Positions 26,168 to 37,800 of a stretch of 64,000 nt of DNA are shown piece after piece. The notes under the pieces are model-generated. The model was given only the letters and a program-made list of their open reading frames with translations. It was not told the DNA's origin and searched no databases. How positions within the stretch are numbered: position 1 is the first letter of the stretch; each line of letters starts with the position of its first letter. The position numbers and the translations under genes were made by a program. Origin of the DNA: Lytechinus pictus. Taxonomy: Eukaryota. Where the stretch lies: the NCBI RefSeq assembly GCF_037042905.1, contig NC_087251.1:12340001-12404000 (forward strand), read 5' to 3'.

Positions 26168-26747
26168 AGGGATGGTCCAGGCTGGAGATATTTCTATCTC
26201 AATAAATAACGTAAAATTCACAAAGTAAACCGCTGAAAATTTGATCAAAATCGGATAACAAAGTTATCGAATTTTAAAGATTTGCATTATTCAGGTGAAA
26301 CAGTTCTAGGCATGTCTTTATGAATATTCATTAGGTGGGCTGATGATGTCATATCCCCACTTGTTCTTTTGTATTTTATTGTATGAAATTAGGTTTATTA
26401 AAAAAATTCTACCAAGAACTAAAACAATTGGATTGACAATTGATTAAGTGCATTAGTTAGTTATTGCAGAAACTTATTTCATCGTAGTGGAGACACATCA
26501 TTTACACATGTATGAAAAATGAAACATTTATGATTTCATGTAATAACATAAGAAAAAGGAAAGTGGGGATATGACATCATCAACCCACCTAATGAATATT
26601 CATGACGATGCGCATATAATTGTTTTCACAAAATATTGATAAACTTTAAAATTCAATAACTTTGTTATCCGATTTGATATTTTCAGCATTTTGCTCTGTG
26701 AATTTTACTCTATTTAGATATAACTATTTTCAGCCCGGACCATCCCT
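26168..26747. mobile_element. TTAA-type MITE (copy B 48354-48951)
   Basis: TIR AGGGATGGTCCAGGCTG / CAGCCCGGACCATCCCT (16/17), with long internal inverted similarity. TTAA on the left, TTTA on the right. Confidence 0.8.
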
Positions 26748-29700
26748 TTTACAGTTGGACAACAACCACATCTGACTGGTCAGAATTATAGGACTTGCAG
26801 TAAACCAATAGATAAGAAATTACAAGATTCATTAAATATTCTGGAGGGAAAAAAATTAAGAGCATAACTTACATTGATATGAAGAACAGTCATATCTGGA
26901 TAAATGTAAAGCACACTGGTGATTGTCAGAGGCCTATTTACAACTCAACATTCAAATATATCCATCATCTACCCTCTGATATCATCTACCCTCTGTAAGC
27001 CCATCTGTCAATATAGATTAAATTTTTTTATTGTCTCCTAGATATATCACATACTAAATAGATATATGTTCACCCTTGTCTCAAACAATAGGAGAGGTTA
27101 CAATGATCAGTACATTTATAGAAATAAATGACTTTGCAGTATTCTAATTCTGATGGAAAAACATTATCTTGCATGTGATGTTTCAATTGACTGGAGATGA
27201 TTATAAGAAACTCATCTAAGTGTACGCCCAGGTATGTAAAAGTAGAACATTGTTTCATTTTGGACCTGACCCGATACCACTCAACTTGTTACAATGATCT
27301 ACTGGTACATGTACCTTATGGAGCTTTACAAGTAATACAAACATTTAAGTACGTGGTTCGGTGGTATTATTAGTAATACATAAATAGGTGGTAAATCTAG
27401 TAAAAATACGTAAAAAGATGATGAAAATTGTTGAAACCCTTCTTTTGCATATATTAATAATTACAGGTACTACCTCAAATGTAGCGTTGTGTAAGCTAAA
27501 AATCAGTTTCTATTATTTCAAAATATCCTCGGAACATTGTTTGTCATTACAATCTAGATACTAAGCTCTTACATGAACTTTCAAAATGGGAGTCTAAGCA
27601 AGAAATCATCCTTTGATTCAGAGTACCGGTACCCAGTATTTTTTTCATAATCCCCCTTCCCTAAATGATGCCTCAGATATTTCATTTTCATAATAGGGTG
27701 ATAATTATACAATTTTCCTTGATTTTAGCAAATTCCTTACCCTTACCCACTTACAATTCCCTGCCATGAAAACCACCATTTTTATGTGCTTTCATGTAAA
27801 ATCATGTCCATCTTGTAAAGACAGTGGCTCCCCAGCAAAATGTACATAATGCTTGATTTAGGAAGAGGCTTTTGAGCAACTAAGCAGCAACTAAAATGAG
27901 CTCCTTTAACTCAAATGTGCATGTGATCTAAAATGCCCTGAAGGTGTGCAGATAATGTCATTGGGAAAGGAATGTCAAAATGAAATCAAATTCTTGCAGA
28001 GTCATAATCCTTTCTGGGTTTGAGTGTGCACATATGCAATCGTACATTGTATATAAATGCCCATCACAGAAAATCTAACTGATTGCTCCCCCAAACCTAT
28101 TATTCCAAATGTATTTCAGGCTGTTGACATGAGTGCACGTGAGTTAATTCTTGAAAATAAATTACACAGGAAACGTTTAGCTAATGAAGGTGATCTTATC
28201 AGGCCCATCCATCGGTCCTGTTATCATTCTCACAATAACTAGAGTGGTTAAACTTGGCTTATGTATGGATATAGGATCGATTATGACCTGACTAGATTTT
28301 GGGGTCACATAGGTCAAGGGTCATAAAATAATCTGTTCTCATGATGACTAGAAAATAGTCTGATGTTTCTACTTCATACTAGGTTAGTAAAGGAATATGT
28401 GAGGGAGGATGACCTGTTTAGATTCTATGGTCATGAGGTCAAAGGTCAGTTCATGAATGCATAAGAAAATTATTTTTATTTATAGAAATTGAGCAATATA
28501 TTTCAGATCGGGCAATGCCGGAGACATGAATTTTGACTGCTTTTGGTCAAGAATCCATCTAGTTAGCCTAATGATTTTCTGTGCAGTTCCTAAAAAATTA
28601 ATATGTTCATTAAATCAGACTAATGCTATACTACCAATAAAATCCTTGAAAGACATTGACAAATTTCTTTTCTCTTGGCAATTGAATATTTACAGAAAAA
28701 TAATGCTTAAAAAAAAATAGTTTGATATTATCAGGAATAAAAGCCCAAATTCTGAAATAGGCTCGCTAGTAAATTCCAATCGTCAATTTCTATGTATGAT
28801 TTTTTTATCTAGAAAATGACATGCTTAGATTTGCAAATGGGAACACAGCATTTAAATCACAGAATTGATAAACTAACTCTAGGCAAAAACCACAGTCAAT
28901 GTATGATTGGGAGAGATGACAATTTGGAAATTTTGATGTCAAAACAATACTAATTCCATGCAAATACCAAAGCAAAGTCAAGCAAACACATCCCTGAGTT
29001 GCAAGCAAAAAAAAGAAATCTATCTAATCAAACTTGCCAGAAAAAATTGCTACCTTCAGCTTAATGGTTAGACAGGTATACATTATCATGGACAATACTA
29101 CGTTAAAGATGATTGCAAGTAGAAATGAAGAGTGGGATATTACATCAAAATATGTATTTGGTAATAAAGGCAACAGAAAACTTTAATACCAAACTGCCTA
29201 TCAATTTTTGACCTCTAAAATCAAAGGAAAATGGTAAGCTAGCCAGTAATAAACATTTGAAAGACCACCTTAATGTGATACAGATAACTACTTCAACGCC
29301 CTATTTCATGAAACCTGTTTTCAAATACAAATGATAGAATTCAATTTCAAATTTTCTCTGTCAATTATGTGACTAGATTTCAAAAGCATGTACATGTACT
29401 ACTATAGTACTAGCATGTCATTTGATATTGATTACAAGATCTACAAAGCTAGACAAGAAAATTGAAGGTAACCAAGTTATAGGACATGTGTGAGAGGATG
29501 AGATATACCCAATCAAACTGATCTTCAAAATCAATCTTTACAGTAAAAGTAAGACAATCTAATGATTAAGACTTATATGATCCAGTCACATTTCTCCTGA
29601 AGATGGGACCTGTTCATATCATGAAGACAAATTCCTAAACAAAATGTGGAAGTTTTCCCAGAATTCCAAAATAAAGGAGAATTCCGTTTCCGTCACCTGC

Positions 29701-30215
29701 ATGTAAGATACTGTCCCATCAGATCTAACTAAAAAAAATCAACAAAGTAGACATTGAAGCAGGCCTGAATGAAAGGCTGAAATAACTAAGGTTGAAAAAA
29801 AATGAACACAACTGTCAAGCATGCCTCCATACACAATGCCACTTTTTAATATGATCTAAATTCCAAATCGGCTGGGTCAAGATGAATCAATGAATATCAT
29901 GTGTCCACTTCTGTAATTTACTAAAAACTCTTTAATCTTAGTATCCGCAACCTCTCAGAACTCTATCCATGCTGTATTAATGGTGAAGATGAGACAAACA
30001 TGATTCCAATCTTTATACCCTATATGCTGCTAAACCGTATGACTCAATGTGCATAGCAAGGAAAGCAAAGTTTTTCTCTTTTTTTCATGTTTCAAAGTTC
30101 ATTCCTTTTATAGTCAAAGTATCATTTTTTTACATTTATAAAAGAAATCAAAGTTGAGTGATATAGTAGAATGGTAGAAATATATATCTGAATACTCTAA
30201 GGATCTAGCACAGTG

Positions 30216-30570
30216 TTAACGTCGTCTCGTGCGAAACCAGATAAATGCTCCCAAAAATTGTTCTGATATTTACATACAATTTTTTTTCACTTTATAAATA
30301 ATCACGTAAATTATGCAAATGAGATTGGGATAGTTATTTTAAATCTCAGCTGTCAATTCGCTGCCATGTATTTGCGCTTATTATTATCATTAATAATAAT
30401 AATAATAGTAGTAATGATAATTGGTGTTGCATGCCTTTACTGATATCAAGACTTACCCTAAGAGCTGCTTCCGCATTGTGTTGAACAAAAAGTTTGACTG
30501 TTTCACCAGCACCAACAAATAAATCTACTGCTCTCTTATGAGGTACACATCGGACATTTTCACCATTAAT
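30216..30570 (-). pseudogene. SYNJ2BP: Orphan 3' fragment of the SYNJ2BP-like gene: intact exon 30457-30570 plus last-exon remnant 30216-30253
   Basis: Duplicate of 53649-53762 (one S>G change) and 52326-52363. Relative to copy B it has deletions of 302 bp (acceptor plus 91 coding nt) and 783 bp (intron). No upstream PDZ exon. Confidence 0.9.
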
Positions 30571-32581
30571 CTGCAGAAAAACAGTTGGGAAATTAGTGAT
30601 TCGATACCTAATATATAATAATATAGCTTGTTACATGTCAGGAGCTCAAGGCGCTCCTACATGTATATATATTACATCCTGCCAGTACTTATTTACCTCA
30701 CCTGGGTTGAGTGCAGCACATTGTGGATTGATATCTCACTGAAGGAAATTATGCCACGGTTGGGATGTAAACCCACAACCCTGTTTCAAAGTCTTTAGTC
30801 CAATCCACTGGGCCACAACGCACAAAAATACAGACAGGGGTTATTGGTGTATGGCTATTTTTGATTTTTTTTTGCATGGGTCAGTGTAAGAAACCACTTG
30901 GTATTCTCCAAGACTTCAAGTAACTTTTCAGTAAAAAGCCACATGATTTCAAATTACACAACCATGATTACACATTTTATAATCACAATTACATGTACTT
31001 TCTAGTTTCTACCCCATAATATGGGAACTCTCACCAGCAACTCCTAAATATAAGTAAAGCAGTGTATACATGACGTACATGTAGCATATCTGGAAATCTC
31101 TTCCCCCCCAACACAACCCATTCTGCTCAAAGAAATATATCTTCATGAAATTTTTTTTTAATTCACCATTTGTTGTGTAATTTTCATTTCAACTGACAGA
31201 TAAATAATCCTAATCACCAACTGACTGCCAAAACGCATCTTTGATAATGGAAATATTTACAATGTATTACGTTATTCATTAATAAGGAAGTGTTGTTGTT
31301 TGATCATTTATTTCCATAATCATATAAATACAGTTCATTACAATACAAATTAAATACATGCAATAATATACATTCATAAAAGTAAAATACATAAACAGCT
31401 TACAGAATGCCTTTCAATGAAAACAAGAAAGGGTAATACATGCTAAATTATTTGAAAATGAAAAAAAGGGAAACTAAAATAAGGCCATGTGGCCCTGTAA
31501 AATAAGTTCCCTTATATCTATATCTAATACAATAAAATCTATTATGTGTTACTGAAAGACATGTTTAAATAAGTAAATAACTGTCAACTGCTAAAAAATA
31601 TACATAATCAGAAATTCGACTTTAGTATGAAGGGGGCACTATGTCTGCGCACCTAACACTTCAACTTAAAATTAAACTTGAATAGCATTTAAATTCCACA
31701 AAAAAAATCAGTTGATATAATATACCTTATATTCTTATGAGCAAGTGTGCAAACAATTTCATAAAAATCTGAGAGAAATATATGATTTCTTACCATGCCT
31801 TACCATACTTCATGTTTTTTTTTCTGCTACCTCCATTTGTTGAATTTAAAAAAGGGCAAGAATATTGGCAGAACATGGTATCCACAAAGTAATCTTGGGG
31901 CAACCTAAATCTGGAAAATCCTAGGTACGCCAGTGTATACCATGATATGACCGGGAAATTTTTGGCTCTTGCCCCCCCCCCCCCCCCCCCCCCCTGGCCA
32001 CCGACCCCTGTTACGCCGCTGATCATGATGATTCAAGATTCTCGTGTGAAAAGGCCCTAAGTTTAATTCGACCCGCCGGGAGATATTGAAATGCCTATTC
32101 TAAATCGGCATTCAACTCTTACATGTCCTCAAACACAATGTAAACACTTTTTTTTTCACTTCCTAGGAAGCATTCCAATGAGATTTTGCAAACTCTCGCT
32201 GTAGGCATATTACACAAAGTCTTTCGTTTATGATCCTACCGGCTACTCATTTAGCACTTAGATGTAAAGTGGCAAAGTATGGATTAACGCCTTGCCTAAG
32301 GATACTATATAGGCCGCGGTGTGATTCGTATGGAAGCCTAACTATAGGCCTAGTTCCAACCATATGTTACATCTCTTAGAAATTGTGTTGATGCTACGTT
32401 GAATAAAATTTCACTGTAGATTTTTTATCACCCCAAATTATGCCCCAGAACCCTTTCACGGCACGGCCTTTTTGAGGATATCACTACACTACGCTAAAAT
32501 CAAAAGTTATACATGTCATAAAATGTTAATTTTTATGAGATTGATCATGAGTTTTATTTAAAAATTTCTCTTTTTTATCAG

Positions 32582-34759
32582 ATGATGATCCTAGATGAAA
32601 GTTCAGTGGTGTATCAAGAATGGGCGCATCCAACATTACCAACGTTTTTATCCTATTACATCGTGGATATTCAAAATCCAGAAGAATTCAAGAATGGAGC
32701 CAAGCCTATCATCGAAGATAAGGGACCATACGTCTACAAGTAAATATTTTATGAATTTTTATGTAAAGGTGTTAAAGTATGACATTTATGTCTGCTTTAA
32801 AGACGTTTTCCCTGCCATACACTGTAAAAAATATTGGGTAAAATTTTTACCACCACGAGGATAATTATGTGTCCAACCAATTTTGGGCAGTATTTTACCC
32901 AATGCGGGAAGCATATTGTCCAGTAAAGTTAAATGGGCAAAATTTTCATAACACTGGATAAATAAATATGCCCAATGATGGTTGGACACATAATTACCCT
33001 TATGGAGCACTCTATTCTTATTTTAGAGTGTATTATCACAATGCTCAAATTGTGGTATTATCTTCTTGCTAAAGAAAGACCACTCGAAGAAACCATGACT
33101 GGTTATCCCTTAATAGTTAACAATGGGTGATTTTAAGTATGGTTTTGAAGTCTGGTGTTGGTGTTGTGACAACACCAATAAATGCATATTCTAAAAGAAT
33201 CATATGACACATATTGTTTTATCCATACCTATAAACATTTTAGTGGTCGTTTCATTGTTTTCTCTTTTTTGTCTGTCTGTCTCTCTATCTCTTTCTCCCT
33301 CTCCCCCTCTTTATCTCTTCCTCCCTCCTTCCCCTACCTCCCTTGTGAACCCACACTTTCTTTTTATCTTTCTATATTTCTTTATTAAATTAATTATTCA
33401 TTTATTTAATTACTTATTCACTTATTTATTAATTCCTTTTTTTCACTATTAATTGTCTAAATAGGATGTTTGTAGACCGGAAAAACCTGACATTTCACGG
33501 CAATGGGACTTTGACCTTCATGCCACATTATATATATTTCTTTGAACCTGAGAAATCGGTCGGCCCAGAAACTGATCGCATCATCACCCCAAATATAATG
33601 ATGCTGGTAAGAGAGAAATAATAATACAAATAATTGTGTCATATCAACATCAAATATAAACATATATATATATATAATTTGTGAAATAATGATGAACGTG
33701 TGTTTCCAAAGAACTCTTATCTTTACCTTATTTGCTGTATTTGTTTATGAATTGACATGTCGTTGTCGTTGTTCTTATCATTACTCCTGTATCATTATAA
33801 TTTTTATCATTATTGTCAGGCTTCTGTGTTTGCTGGTCGTAATGATTCAAATGAGACTAAGAGTGATATGAATACTTTTCTCAATCTGATCGGAGAAGAG
33901 GTGACCCTAAATCTAACTATCGGGGAGCTCATGTGGGGCTACAGAAGACTGGGATGGGGTCCATTGAAGCGTTTTGTATCGACTGGCGAGTTTTGGGTAC
34001 AAGAAAACGAGGAACAAAAGGAGTGGATGAGACCAGGTTTTCTGTCGCCGGTAAATGAAAATCACTAATTTAGAATATCGCACTAAAGTATCTGGTCGTT
34101 TCTCAGAATAAATATATCATAGAGAATAATTTGTAACTTGTATCTCGACATGCTCAATGTTTTTCAGAACATTTTGCTCCAAGATAACAAATATAGTTTG
34201 AGCCCTCAACAATTATGCACGGAGAAAGTCCATTGCACTTTGTTTCATACTGGATGAAGGTGATTTTCAAACTTTTTCTTTACTGAATATAATCATATGG
34301 GACTCCATATTAAATAATTTTATTTCTGAAGAAAATAAAATCTCAAATTACTGGGGTAAACCAACGACAGATTGGTGGTGGTCAGAAGAGGCCAATGCCA
34401 TCAGGGGAACAGGTATGTTCTTAATTTTGTTTTCATCTTCTTGATAGTTTTCTTTGTGCGTTGAGAACAAAAGTTTAATTTATCAATATCTTGTACCAGC
34501 ATGGTTGAACATGGCTTATCGGTTTTTTTTTCCGTTTCTGGCCATATAAATGATTCCCTCCCACTTAACTCCTCAGAATCAGACCTCTTCGAGTGACGAT
34601 GATGACCACGAAGAGTGTCCCTACTTCAGTAATATCCACTACTACTCTACTACTTCTACTATGATTTTTACTACAGCAACAACACAACTACTACTACTAC
34701 TATACTACTACTACTACTCTAGTCTACTACTACTATTTCTACTATTACTACTACTACTT

Positions 34760-34831
<72 letters not shown>

Positions 34832-37800
34832 TTACTACTACTACTACTACTGCTATTGCTGCTACTACTACTATGTCTTCTAGTACGTCTATGCTACTAC
34901 TAGTAGTACTGGGCCTACTTCTTTCTAATAATACGATTACTATTACTGCTACTATTACTACTACCAATGCTACCACTATTACTACTATACTACTACTACA
35001 AATTTTGATAATAGTACTAGTATTTATATTGCTAAACACTTGCATTCCCTGTTTTTCAATAATCGAGTATATATGTAATTTATCGCTTATGGGGCCTATC
35101 GTCATACTGATTTACTCTAGTTCATTACTGAGGTCAACTGTTTGCAATGCACTTGGACATTGTTGACGGTCTCCTGTTTTTCTTTTTATCTTACCCAATA
35201 ACCTTTGGAAATATTTTATGTTGTTATTCTATAAAACTTCTTTAACAAAAGTGGGTGATGTAAGTGCAAAATTCGCATTCGTAATATATAGCTATATTTG
35301 ACTCCAGTTAATAGCTCAGATCAGTAATGTTTGCATAATAATTCCACTTAAGTACAAGGGGTCCTCTTATCTGATAAAACAACCTTTGGAAATATTCTTT
35401 AGTGATATTTTATAATTTCTTAATTGATAATTAGACAGTGATGTAAGTGCAAAATTTTCTCTTATACAACCTCGAATTTTGTTTAGTTAAGAAATGTGTA
35501 GACCTACCCTACATTAAGATGGAATTCAATTGCTTTTTAGTCAAATTAACTCCAACTAACCCTATGTAGAGTGTTTGAAACCATTTTCTTAAAATATTTG
35601 CTCTTAAATGATTAATTGAACTGAAACTAAAGTATATCAAGCAGATATCAGCATAGGGATCAAATTATCGAGATGTCAGGTCGATGGATTGATGTTTCAT
35701 TGTATGTGGATGTTGTATGTGTGCGTATGTGAATTTGCGGCGTGTAATAAGCGTCCTTAACGTGTAGTCAGCTCTTTATCTTTATAGTTCGGTATTTTTA
35801 GGAGTACGTGCAATGTGTGTGTTAAATATGTGTGTTGATAAAAGGGCGCATGAGGGTGTGAGATAGATGTGAGATTGTTTTGGTTAAGTGGGTGTGTGTT
35901 GCGTGTGAGCTAATGTACTCCATTAAAAAACAAAGTATGCATGTACATAAATATTGAAGGGTGGGGTGTGTGGGGTAAGTTTGGGTGAGTGTGTATGGAT
36001 GTGCTTTACCTTTTCTATGATCTTACCTAGCATTATATTTTAAACTCTCCTCCATCATGTCTAGGTCTACTTTGTATTAGATTTTTTTTTATATCGATTA
36101 GATGGAACCATGTTTCACCCTTATGTGAAGAAAACCGAAGAACTTACCATGTTCAACCCTGAATATTGTAGGTAAGTAAGTTTTCTCTTGAAATTAATCT
36201 CCGCCCTGTTAAAAAGTTGACTGTAGAAATATCAGAAAGAAAATTAAAAATGATGTTGAAGGTTTTCCATTAAAGATTAAGTTATTAGAATTTAAAGTTT
36301 TTGATTTGTGACGCCATATACGAGAAACTACCCCCATTATGTTATGTTATATAAAATGCAAAATATAAATTTCTAATGGTTCATGATGACTAAAACTTTT
36401 CTTCTTTCAGGAGTGGGAGTGAAATAATTTGTCTTTCATTGTTTGTTGTAATTCACAAAACATGGGAAGCCTCTCGCATATGACGTCACAAAAAAATTAA
36501 TAACTTCTTCAATCTTTGATGGATTTTCGTCAAACCTTCACCAATAGTTTTTACTATTTTTTCTCTCATTTTTACAACAATCTCTGGGTCAGGATGAAGT
36601 TCCCTTTTAATTGCTGCAGGTGTGCAAGTTGGTTATAATCTACCACTGAAGGATTGGATTGTGTTTACTATAATTTGTGTGTCTGATTTACTTACTTTAT
36701 ATCTCATGAAGATTTGGTTACGATCATATTTTTTTATTCTCCTGTCCTCTATGATAGAAACAAATAAATAAATATAAATATAAATAAATAAATGAATAAA
36801 TAAATAAATAAATGAATGGATAAATAAATAAATGATAAATAAATGTGAATTCAAACATCTTATTTTGAAATATTTTGTTTCAGATAAATATTTTTTTCAT
36901 GGGATTTCTTATATCTATCAATAGCACGTGTTAAATGTGATCAATATAATTAATATTCTTAGATTAAATGAATATATGTCTTAATACAGTAACAACCACA
37001 GTTTGGTTGCCGCATTATTTTGTCATCATGCAGTTTATAATCAGTTTATGTTGTATTTTTTACGTTTATTTATTTTAACTCGCAGTAGGCCTGTGGAATA
37101 TGGGTCTGTAATTTGCTTGACAAATAGGAATGCCTTGAAACATCGACGGCAACAATCTAGTCTAGTCACCATAAAACTCCCATCTGTACATATACGCTCA
37201 AATGGCTTCATGTAATCTACTAACGATGCAGAAGTAGGCCCTATGCCATTTTGAAATATGCACGGTTTAAGTTTAGCAAAGCAATTTCTGTGCAGTATAA
37301 TAGAGTACCAAAGTGATGAGGTCACAAAAAACTTTTTTTGTATTTCAGCATTTTTGATACCATATTTTGGTAGGGCATGATGAAGAACCCCCACTACTAA
37401 AATTTGGTGAGAATCGGTCCATGGGGGTCTGAGATATGACTTCATGAATACATAATTAGCCCCATTGAAGTCAATGTATTATTGGCCTGGTTCTAAATGT
37501 TAGGAACCAGGCCAATAATACATTGACTTCAATGGGGCTAATTATGTATTCATGAAGTCATATCTTGGGGCCCCATGGACTGATTCCCACCAAATTTGGG
37601 CTGTGGTGTTTTTTCATCATGATCTACCAAAATATGGTATACAAAACGCTGAAATGCAAAAAGTGAAAATTTATGACGTCACACTTCGGTACTCTATAGT
37701 GTATAATTAGGCCTGGGGTAAACCCGCACAATAGATGCGTTTTACCAACCCACTCCAAACACCTTTTTATTATAGGCCTATCAACGTTTAATGGTGAATC

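Larger units (their letters stand above)
7207..31911 (+). repeat. Tandem segmental duplication, copy A (about 24.7 kb)
   Basis: Collinear near-identity with 31910-55099 across exons, introns and repeats (e.g. 7850 vs 32582, 21599 vs 43176, 30457 vs 53649). Confidence 0.97.

Noticed and set aside
27070..27258. 62-aa minus ORF with TYLGVHLDE
   Set aside because: At most a tiny, decayed RT-like LINE remnant; too short to call.
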